Of a DNA stretch of 13,034 bases, positions 1 through 6,961 are shown one piece after another. Position numbers and translations under genes: made by a program. The DNA is taken from contig JAQVRW010000041.1 of the NCBI GenBank assembly GCA_028700875.1, positions 1 to 13,034 on the forward strand, in the 5' to 3' direction. The first letter of the stretch is position 1. Every line of letters begins with the position of its first letter. The notes under the pieces are model-generated. The model was given only the letters and a program-made list of their open reading frames with translations, was not told the DNA's origin and ran no database searches. Source of the DNA: Candidatus Zixiibacteriota bacterium (GTDB lineage Bacteria; Zixibacteria; MSB-5A5; GN15; JAAZOE01).

Positions 1-408
1 AGCCCGGTCTTCGAAGAGATTTATCAGATCACCCGTCGCCACGACCAGCAACAGGTGACCGAGGAGTGGTTGGCCGAGATCACCGACCCGTTCGCCCTGG
101 CGATCTGGTTCATGGACGTGGGGGACATCCAGCCGCTCTATCGGGACAACACCCATACTGTGGTCCGGGGCCATACCCTCCGGCTATATTTGCATGTGAA
201 ATCGCGGGACGAGGCCGTGTTGATCCGGGACTGGCTGGACCGGGAGTGGGGGATCGATTTAAATGCCAATACGTGGCGGCAGACGCGGAGCGGACACGAC
301 TACCACGCACTATCCCGATCCGTCCCCACCGTGGTCCGGGAGTTCGTCGCCCTGGTCGAGCCTCATGTTATCCCGGCGATGCGCCACAAAATCGCCTGCG
401 TCCGCTGA
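1..408 (+). CDS. LAGLIDADG-family homing endonuclease, C-terminal part (5' end lies outside the window)
   Basis: Frame 1 is open from nt 1 to the stop at 406-408. The segment ITDPFALAIWFMDVGD resembles the second LAGLIDADG motif of I-SceI-type enzymes (LTPMSLAYWFMDDGG), and the C-terminal HVIPAMRHKI resembles I-SceI YLIPQMMYKL. The comparison is from memory, not a search. Confidence 0.65.
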   Translation, partial: SPVFEEIYQITRRHDQQQVTEEWLAEITDPFALAIWFMDVGDIQPLYRDNTHTVVRGHTLRLYLHVKSRDEAVLIRDWLDREWGIDLNANTWRQTRSGHDYHALSRSVPTVVREFVALVEPHVIPAMRHKIACVR

Positions 409-556
409 GGGGCCGTAGGCCTCGTTCCCCCACCCGGGGGTGTGGAAGGGTGGCCGAGAATGAGATCGGTCGCCAGAACGCGTCTATGAGGGTGCCCGGG
501 TACACCCGGCGATCAAGTTTAGCGGGGAATACTCATTTCCTGCAATAGGCAAGAGA

Positions 557-576
557 CCCCCGGTTTTAACCGGGGG
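557..576. terminator. Perfect 20-nt palindrome (cccccggttttaaccggggg) followed by a T-rich tract
   Basis: Seen directly in the sequence: a 9-bp GC-rich stem with a 2-nt loop, then ttttgtttt at about 598-606. It lies between the LAGLIDADG stop and the tnpB-like start. It could instead be a left-end subterminal hairpin of the IS element. Confidence 0.35.
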
Positions 577-663
577 AGGAATGCCGTCACCGATCCGTTC
601 AACAGGTTTTGTTTTAACGATATAACGATACCTTTAATATGAATTACATTCTCTATAAACATA

Positions 664-2112
664 ATGCGAGGGAGAGAGTATCGATCGGTCTCAAACTATC
701 TGCGGCCTAGCCAACGGCAGTTCTACCTGATCGATCAACTCGCATACTACTCAAAGAATCTGTACAACGTCGCGTTGTACAATGTTCGTCAGCACTACCT
801 TGAGTGGCAGGAACAAGCAACCTACATGACCGGGATTCGGCCGGATATCACAAACAACGTCGATATCCTGGTGGGATCCTACCTTCCTTACTCCCGGAAA
901 ACCTCGTATCCGTACAAAGATATCTGCAACTATGCCCGGACAAAATCGAACGAGAATTATCCGCTCCTCCACAGTGATGTTGCTCAACAAACCATCAAGA
1001 GTGTGGAAGAGGGGTACAAATCGTATTTCGGATTGTTGTGGTCGTACCGGCGGGGAAAATTGAAAGATTGTCCTCGGCCGCCCCACTATCTGGAGAAAGA
1101 CGGTCGGTACAAACTGGCGTTTCCGGCAATTCGACTCAGGTTTCGAAAGGGATATGTCACGCTCGGGGTCTCCCGTCAGTTCAAACGTCGATACGGCGTG
1201 GGAAAGAACGAACTCTCGTTCAAGATCCCGCCCCAGATCCGACCTGACCAGATCCGGGAAGTCACGATCCTGCCGATCAACAACGGACTAACCTACAAAA
1301 TCGAGTTCTCCTACACGATCAAATCCACTCCTGCCCCGGTCATCCAGGACCGGTACCTTGCAATCGATCTCGGGCTCACGAATTTTGCCACGTGCGTGGA
1401 ATCCGCTACCGGGACGGCCTTCATCCTCGACGGCTCGTATCTCAAATCAATCAACCGGTGGTACAACAAAGAGACCGCACGATTGCAGGCGATCAAAGCC
1501 AAACAACATCTGCCCCAGAACCTCACGCGCCGTCAGGCGCGGTTGCTCAACCGTCGCAACAACACGATCAACGAAGCCATGAACCGGTTTGCTGTCTACA
1601 TCGTGCAGTATGCGATCGACCGGCAGATCGGGACGATCATCCTGCCGACGTGGGACGGGATCAAACACAAGATCAAACTGGGACCGAAAACCAACCAGAA
1701 CTTTGTCCAGATCCCCTATGCGAAATTCCGGTTCAAACTGAATGGGCTTTGCCAGCAGTTCGGGATCGTCTTCGACGATACCCACGATGAACGCTATACC
1801 TCGCAGGTGGACGCGCTTGCGCGCGACCCCCTCAAGAAACCGGCGTATGGCAGAACCCGGCGGATCCAGAGAGGATTGTATCAGAGTTCGGTTGGTACGT
1901 TGATCAATGCGGACGTGAACGGGGCGTTGAACCATTTGAGGAACGTAGCCGGTGATTCCATCATCGCATGGATAATCGGTAGCGGCCGCGTCAACCGGCC
2001 GGTACGAATAAGGTTTGCCTTCGAGGGCCAAGCCCCCGAACGGATCACCAAACAGCCTTCGTACGCATTAAATCGTGATGGTGGCAACACCGTCACAAGC
2101 CACCGGTTCTAA
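664..2112 (+). CDS. tnpB: IS200/IS605-family (IS1341-type) TnpB-like protein with apparently degenerate RuvC-II and zinc-finger motifs
   Basis: The N-terminus (YRSVSNYLRPSQRQ...NLYNVALYNVRQ) fits the TnpB OrfB_IS605 N-domain pattern. AIDLGLTNFAT is RuvC-I, YTSQ is the motif that precedes the zinc finger, and INADVNGALN is RuvC-III. Where a canonical TnpB has I/V-x-L-E-D-L the sequence reads IILPTWDGI (no Glu), and no Cys pairs follow YTSQ (YTSQVDALARDPL). No tnpA gene is adjacent. Confidence 0.85.
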   Translation: MRGREYRSVSNYLRPSQRQFYLIDQLAYYSKNLYNVALYNVRQHYLEWQEQATYMTGIRPDITNNVDILVGSYLPYSRKTSYPYKDICNYARTKSNENYPLLHSDVAQQTIKSVEEGYKSYFGLLWSYRRGKLKDCPRPPHYLEKDGRYKLAFPAIRLRFRKGYVTLGVSRQFKRRYGVGKNELSFKIPPQIRPDQIREVTILPINNGLTYKIEFSYTIKSTPAPVIQDRYLAIDLGLTNFATCVESATGTAFILDGSYLKSINRWYNKETARLQAIKAKQHLPQNLTRRQARLLNRRNNTINEAMNRFAVYIVQYAIDRQIGTIILPTWDGIKHKIKLGPKTNQNFVQIPYAKFRFKLNGLCQQFGIVFDDTHDERYTSQVDALARDPLKKPAYGRTRRIQRGLYQSSVGTLINADVNGALNHLRNVAGDSIIAWIIGSGRVNRPVRIRFAFEGQAPERITKQPSYALNRDGGNTVTSHRF

Positions 2113-2170
2113 CCGGTGGTAGTTGACTTCCCGCAACTCTTCGTCACATGGCGATTCGCCCCACCGGCTG

Positions 2171-2304
2171 TGATCGACTTGATCGGGTTGATCGGGTCGT
2201 CCTCCCCTAGGATCTTTCCACTCCCCATATACCCCTCCCTACCTCTATTTCCACTGGAGAGTTCTTAGGGAGGGGAGACCCGATCAAGTCGATCAACCCG
2301 ATCA
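2171..2304. repeat. Large imperfect inverted repeat (~41-nt arms, ~52-nt spacer) immediately 3' of tnpB-like; candidate omegaRNA scaffold or IS right end
   Basis: The left arm at 2171-2211 (tgatcgacttgatcgggttgatcgggtcgtcctcccctagg) pairs with the reverse complement of 2264-2304 (cttagggaggggagacccgatcaagtcgatcaacccgatca) at roughly 80%. The arms contain the internal direct motif TTGATCGGGT. Confidence 0.5.
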
Positions 2305-2443
2305 TTGTCAGACGGATGGCTGCCAGAAGGCCGACAACGGGACGACAATCTAATAATTCGTCCATTCCACCATGCCGGTGGCGGAATCAAAAGCGAAACG
2401 GTTAATTTGGTGGAAACAAAACCGTTCAGTGCAGCCACCCCGC

Positions 2444-2608
2444 GGATCCGTGGTGGTGTCGTGGCTTCACGGCCGCATCCGGGTGGATCCGTGGTGGCGT
2501 CATGGACGGGTGGTGGTATCGCCGGTGAACGCATGGCGGTGTCATGGACCGGTGGTGGAACCCTCGTGAACCTATGACAGAATCGTGGCTGGATGGTGGC
2601 AACCATGG
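2444..2608. repeat. Degenerate tandem array with ~41-bp period (GGATCCGTGGTGG / GTCATGGAC / GTGAAC motifs), about 4 units
   Basis: ggatccgtggtgg occurs at 2444 and 2485. gtcatgga occurs at 2500 and 2541. gtgaac occurs at 2525 and 2566. GGTGGTGG-like runs sit near 2452, 2493, 2511, 2553 and 2594. The array runs into the start of the MerR-like ORF. Confidence 0.5.
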
Positions 2609-3222
2609 AATATTCACTCACTGTTGATGATATTGTACAGCAAACCGGGTTCACCACGTCGACGGTTCGGCGGTACCTGCGTGATTTCACGGACTTTATC
2701 CCGTCGAACCCGATCAACCGGAAGCAGGTCCTGTATGGCGAAGAGACCGTGGCGATCGTGACCCGGATCAGTGATCTCTACGGATCCGGGAAGTATACCC
2801 CGGACATCAGGGAGATCTTGAAGTATGAGGTACCGATGACGGTTGAGGTTCACGAGGTTGTGGAACTCCCGAAATCGGACGAAATCGCGGTTGCGATTCG
2901 TCCCGACGTCCAGGATCAGATCGACCGGGTCGTGGCGTTGGCCGAATCCCTGGTAGAAAAAATGCAGCAGATCGACGATCATGAAACCGAGATCACGGCG
3001 ATGCGGCAGACCCTGGTCGATACCCGGGCGCAGGTCACGGGGTGTATCGACCAGATGACGGCCGTGGAACGGGCGATGCGTGATGAGTCGCGAGTGGACG
3101 CACTCACCCGCGAGATCCAGCAGCAGAATGCTACCATCGCCTCGCTCACCGACGAGATTGCGGCGTTTCGTCAGCAGCCGGTGACGTTCTGGGGCTGGGT
3201 ACGCCAGACGTTCAAATTTTAA
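2605..3222 (+). CDS. MerR-like HTH transcriptional regulator with a C-terminal coiled-coil
   Basis: The N-terminus LTVDDIVQQTGFTTSTVRRYLRDF matches the MerR-family HTH pattern (T-x-x-E-x-A-x-x-x-G-V-S-x-x-T-L-R-Y-Y). The C-terminal half is heptad-like (EITAMRQTLVD...IASLTDEIAAF). The start could be ATG 2593 or 2605. A T7 run follows the stop. Confidence 0.55.
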   Translation: MEYSLTVDDIVQQTGFTTSTVRRYLRDFTDFIPSNPINRKQVLYGEETVAIVTRISDLYGSGKYTPDIREILKYEVPMTVEVHEVVELPKSDEIAVAIRPDVQDQIDRVVALAESLVEKMQQIDDHETEITAMRQTLVDTRAQVTGCIDQMTAVERAMRDESRVDALTREIQQQNATIASLTDEIAAFRQQPVTFWGWVRQTFKF

Positions 3223-3223
3223 C

Positions 3224-3350
3224 TTTTTTTCCGACAATCGACATGGACCCGGCCCCGCCAATCCCCCATAAACCATATGATGCTATACGACATCGGGAGG
3301 GGTGGCGACTATCCCGCCGTGGCGGGATGAACATCACGTTCGAAAAAAAA
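3224..3350. terminator. Convergent terminator region: a T7 run after the MerR-like gene, a hairpin at 3311-3328, and a T8 run directly after the flotillin stop on the minus strand
   Basis: cttttttt at 3223-3230. atcccgcc-gt-ggcgggat hairpin at 3311-3328. cgaaaaaaaa at 3341-3350 reads as T8 on the minus strand, adjacent to the flotillin stop (3351-3353). Archaeal terminators are typically oligo-T. Confidence 0.4.
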
Positions 3351-4895
3351 TTAGAAGAAGTCGTCGGCCCGCTTCAACGTTTTCGGCGGCACATCCTTCT
3401 TCTCGTTGAGTGAACCGAGGAACTGTTCCGCGACACTCGCAAGCGCATCAAGCGACGTTTTTGGCGGCACAGTGACAGTGTCCATTACCGATTCTGGAGT
3501 CGCCGGGGCATCGTTGGACGGGTTCTCAGTCTCACCATTCGACCGATCAACCACGGACTTGATCAGACCGGCGATCTTCTCGGTGGCGTCCGGCTCGGCC
3601 GCGTTTAAGGCTTTCAGCATCCCGCCGATCCCCAGTCCGCCTTTGACCGTGAAGAGGTCGAGGAAGTTCTCCGGGTTACCGCTCCCGATATACTGAACAT
3701 CTGCTGCCTTGAGGGCTTCTGCGAGCGCCAGACCGACCCGTTCATCTTTCTCAATCACCCGGATTGCCTGTGCCTTGGTCTGCTGATACTCCTGGGCTTT
3801 GGCCTTCTCCATCATACCGTCGGCTTCGGCAAACAGCTGGGCCTTGGTGCCTTCTGCAGCGGCGATCAGTTTTGCCCTGTTCCCGGTTGCTTCCGCCACC
3901 ATGGTGATCTCGGTGACGTTGGCTTTCGCCTTGCCTTCGAACTCGATCTTCCTGGCCTCTCCTTCACCTTCGAGCGAGAGCCGTTCCCGGTTGCCGGTAG
4001 CGGTCTCGACCATCGCCCGCTTCTCGCCTTCGGCCCGCCGTACCGCGGCATCCGCATCGATCTCGGCTTTCTGCACGGCGTTGATCCGGTACACGTTCAT
4101 CTTCTCTTCGGCTGCCGCCTTCTCGCGCTTGGCAACCTCCATGATCCGGTCCTGTTCTCGCATATCGACATGCTCTTTCGCCTCGATTTTCCGCTTCTCT
4201 GCGATCTCGAACGTATCGGCTTCGACCAGTTCGGCGTCCCGGTTCTTGTTGGCCACCTCTTGACGGGAGTTCGAGTTGATCTGCGCTTCCATCTTCGCCG
4301 AGATGTCGTGGATGACCGTGGAGCTGCCGTCAACCGGGTCCCGGATTGAGACGATCGCAACGTTCGTGAGTTCGACACCCCATTTTGTGAAGTCGGGCGC
4401 AAGTTCGCGGGTCAGGTCGGCCGAGATCTCTTCCCGCTTGGCGATAACATCTTCGATCGAGTAGTTTGCCGTCGTTTTCCGGATTGCCGAGATGACAATC
4501 TCTTTCATACCGTCCTGGAAATCCGAGATCTTGCGGCCGGGGAACCGGCGGGCGGCTTCCGCAATATCGATGATCTTGCAGTAGACCGTGACATCAATGA
4601 CGAACCGGGGATTGCCTTTTGCGAACGTTTCGTAATCTTTGACGACAATACTGATGATGCTCAGCGGCATTCGCTGCACGACCACACCGAGGATCGGGAC
4701 CCAGGAAGGGAACGCGTAGTAGATCGGGGTCATCTTCTGGCCTTCGGGCACCACCGACGCGTCACCCGTATAGATACGGGTCCCGTGTTTCCCGACCACT
4801 ACGTCGGCATAGTTCGCGTCCACAACCCGGCGTAGGAGGATCAGCCAGATCGCCAGTCCTACCAGTGCAATAATTCCAAGTAATGTTACCAGCAT
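3351..4895 (-). CDS. Flotillin-like SPFH/band-7 domain membrane protein
   Basis: N-terminal TM anchor MLVTLLGIIALVGLAIWLILL. SPFH-like core. A long Glu/Ala/Lys-rich coiled-coil region. The flotillin C-terminal signature YIGSGNPENFLDLF. An SD-like AAGGTGA sits 6 nt upstream of the ATG. Confidence 0.85.
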   Translation of the reverse strand: MLVTLLGIIALVGLAIWLILLRRVVDANYADVVVGKHGTRIYTGDASVVPEGQKMTPIYYAFPSWVPILGVVVQRMPLSIISIVVKDYETFAKGNPRFVIDVTVYCKIIDIAEAARRFPGRKISDFQDGMKEIVISAIRKTTANYSIEDVIAKREEISADLTRELAPDFTKWGVELTNVAIVSIRDPVDGSSTVIHDISAKMEAQINSNSRQEVANKNRDAELVEADTFEIAEKRKIEAKEHVDMREQDRIMEVAKREKAAAEEKMNVYRINAVQKAEIDADAAVRRAEGEKRAMVETATGNRERLSLEGEGEARKIEFEGKAKANVTEITMVAEATGNRAKLIAAAEGTKAQLFAEADGMMEKAKAQEYQQTKAQAIRVIEKDERVGLALAEALKAADVQYIGSGNPENFLDLFTVKGGLGIGGMLKALNAAEPDATEKIAGLIKSVVDRSNGETENPSNDAPATPESVMDTVTVPPKTSLDALASVAEQFLGSLNEKKDVPPKTLKRADDFF

Positions 4896-4947
4896 ACAAT
4901 CACCTTAATTCGACATGAGGCCCCCTGTGTTAGCGGGGGTAGTTGAC

Positions 4948-5193
4948 CTACAGATATTCTTCGCTTGTCAGTTCCGTCCGGTTATCGCTGATCCGGTTCG
5001 ACAGGTTATCGTTCCGCACCAGTTTGCTCCGGCGCTTCGTGTCATCAACCGAGATCAGCACCGCATCTTTCCCGCCGTGCACGACGTTCTCGTAAAACTT
5101 GATGAGGTCGTCCGGTGACTTGAAGACGATCTTCGTACACTCGTCGTCCATCGACACGATCTCGAATTTCAGAATGTCCGACATAAAACCCAC
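4948..5193 (-). CDS. Hypothetical small acidic protein (81 aa), likely co-transcribed with the flotillin gene
   Basis: The ORF has a protein-like composition. It lies about 50 nt upstream of the flotillin gene on the same strand. TTTATAT and an AGGAG-like element lie upstream of its ATG. The intergenic region holds a hairpin plus the flotillin SD. Confidence 0.45.
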   Translation of the reverse strand: MGFMSDILKFEIVSMDDECTKIVFKSPDDLIKFYENVVHGGKDAVLISVDDTKRRSKLVRNDNLSNRISDNRTELTSEEYL

Positions 5194-5230
5194 TCCTAAA
5201 TGAGCATATTAACGTGGAACGCACCACCAT

Positions 5231-5354
5231 ATAAACGTAATGGAGTTTCTCCATGAAATCTGCATAGTTGCATGGTATTACAACGAGTATGACACCTGCA
5301 TTGTACGCCTCCGTCAGATGTGCGCGGGAAAAAGAAGATTATGCGGGAAGAATG
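5231..5354. repeat. Copy 1 of a ~125-bp diverged direct repeat containing the palindrome ATGGAGTTTCTCCAT
   Basis: About 80% identical to 6962-7081. Conserved blocks are ataaaYgtaatggagtttctccaYgaaatctgcata, gcattgtacgcc and tgcgcgggaaaaaga. The palindrome is at 5240-5254. Confidence 0.6.
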
Positions 5355-5818
5355 TCGATGACCTCACCGATTTCGTTTAACTTTACAGTATACGTCCCGT
5401 TGATCTCAAGGTTCATCCAGATGACACGGTCATAATAGTATGCGTATTCGTTTCGAAAGTTATCTGTTTCGAAATGGATCCGGTATACACACCCCGATGT
5501 GTCCATAATGTAGTACACGGTGCGAGATCCTCCCCCGGATGTGAATTTGATAGCGGCAATGCATTCATGCATTTTCGCGACCGTAATCGTCTTTACCGTC
5601 GTTGGGTCCGATATATCGGTCTCAAACGCGCCCATTCCGTCCGTCACCATTGTATCCTGCACGGTATCGGGATGATAGACAATGCAGCAGAGAACCATTA
5701 TAATGACAATACTTAGTATTCCCAAATAGTACGACTGATCTGATACCATACCATTACTGGTGATGCAAAAAATGATAAAGGTTATGACAAAAAAAAGATG
5801 ACGGGTGGTGAGGATCAT
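5339..5818 (-). CDS. Hypothetical membrane protein (159 aa): two N-terminal TM helices plus a ~110-aa C-terminal domain
   Basis: Hydrophobic stretches LFFVITFIIFCI and LGILSIVIIMVLCCIV. Its start overlaps the stop of the upstream 339-aa ORF (ATGA). Its GC is about 43%, against roughly 58% for the surrounding genes. Confidence 0.6.
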   Translation of the reverse strand: MILTTRHLFFVITFIIFCITSNGMVSDQSYYLGILSIVIIMVLCCIVYHPDTVQDTMVTDGMGAFETDISDPTTVKTITVAKMHECIAAIKFTSGGGSRTVYYIMDTSGCVYRIHFETDNFRNEYAYYYDRVIWMNLEINGTYTVKLNEIGEVIDILPA

Positions 5819-6834
5819 TCGGTCCGGAAGTCGATGATCGTCCGATCCTGCTCCGTCAACGGCATTTCATCCCGGTACGTCGATTCTGTGTCGACATTGT
5901 CAGACGCGGCAAACGTGTAGAAAATGCGGTCAGTTACCGACTTGAACAGTGTGTTGATGGCGATTTGATGACAGGGAGGGAGATTGTGAGTGGCGTCAAT
6001 GCCAAGCCGATACGTCCAGCCGTTACAGAGATCAAGGATGATCGGAGCAATCTCGTTGATGATCTCTCCCACCCCACGTATCGGCACACGGGTGCGGAAC
6101 GTCTGATCAACTGTCTTGGTCCAGAGGTAAGTTGCAGCTCGGTTGGCAGCATCACTGATATCATTGAGGAACGGGAATTCGGCGTCGCCCGTCCCAGTAA
6201 TCGGGGAGAATGCGGCGAATTCCGGATACTGACGGAACAATCGTTCCGCGGTGTGCAGTTCGGTCTCGGCGTCGAACCCATCGATGATATTACGGCTTCG
6301 TAACGCGAGCACGGCGTCAATCATGTCGGCGACCATCAGATATTCGAGGTGCTGAACGAACTGCAATGCTGACTTGTGGCAGACGTTTGGTTTCGATATA
6401 TCTGCAAGCGTTTTTGCGAAGATTGGTTTCATGTTGAAATATGTATTGATGCACGTTGGTGTGAAAATGACCGGATGGTGAACGATATCGTAAGCCTGGA
6501 TCTGTGCATGCCAGTCGTTTGCCTGCATCAATCTGACGCGATCCCATTTATCTGCGAGCAGGTAAAATGATCGCGGTTCGGCCAGTGTCTGGAATGCCAT
6601 CGCGATACGTCGTTGGTCGTCGACGTGGATTCCGGCTGGGTTTAGTCGAGTAATGGGAAACTGCATGAGGTATAGCAGAGCATCCTCAGAATAATCTATC
6701 ATGCAACCATCGGGTTGAGATAGTATATGGGTCAGCGTCACGTCGGCTTCGTACAGCGAGTAGCCCGTCTCCTGGTCAGGAGTAACACGAACCGTGACCT
6801 TGGTGACATCGTCCAATAGCCTTTTGCGTTTCAT
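5815..6834 (-). CDS. Hypothetical protein (339 aa), unknown function, first gene of the low-GC two-gene cassette
   Basis: A long ORF with protein-like composition and no motif I can recognise by eye. It is translationally coupled (4-nt overlap) to the 159-aa TM protein. Its GC is low for this window. Confidence 0.65.
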   Translation of the reverse strand: MKRKRLLDDVTKVTVRVTPDQETGYSLYEADVTLTHILSQPDGCMIDYSEDALLYLMQFPITRLNPAGIHVDDQRRIAMAFQTLAEPRSFYLLADKWDRVRLMQANDWHAQIQAYDIVHHPVIFTPTCINTYFNMKPIFAKTLADISKPNVCHKSALQFVQHLEYLMVADMIDAVLALRSRNIIDGFDAETELHTAERLFRQYPEFAAFSPITGTGDAEFPFLNDISDAANRAATYLWTKTVDQTFRTRVPIRGVGEIINEIAPIILDLCNGWTYRLGIDATHNLPPCHQIAINTLFKSVTDRIFYTFAASDNVDTESTYRDEMPLTEQDRTIIDFRTE

Positions 6835-6961
6835 GGTCGGTTACCCTGTAATAAGGTGTGAATCAACATAAAGGTATGGGATCGTCGAACGAATGGGCCC
6901 TGCTATCATCTCTTCCTTTGTGAAAGGAGTCTTCCCGCTCCGCTCCTTCAACCTCGCAAAG

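Noticed and set aside
1447-2031. 194-aa minus-strand ORF, along with several other ORFs, inside the tnpB-like gene
   Set aside because: The TnpB frame has the family motifs throughout, so the antisense ORFs are incidental.
2614-3276. 220-aa minus-strand ORF antisense to the MerR-like gene
   Set aside because: It is Arg/Gly/Pro-rich in the way typical of a shadow ORF in GC-rich DNA. The plus-strand frame carries a recognisable HTH and a coiled-coil.
3799-4263. 154-aa Ser/Ala-rich plus-strand ORF inside the flotillin gene
   Set aside because: It is the antisense of the Glu/Ala/Lys-rich coiled-coil region of flotillin, a compositional artefact.
5240-5377. 45-aa ORF starting MEFLHEICI inside repeat copy 1
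   Set aside because: The corresponding frame in copy 2 stops after 12 codons, and the two copies diverge at the nucleotide level without preserving the frame, so the conservation is nucleotide-level rather than coding.
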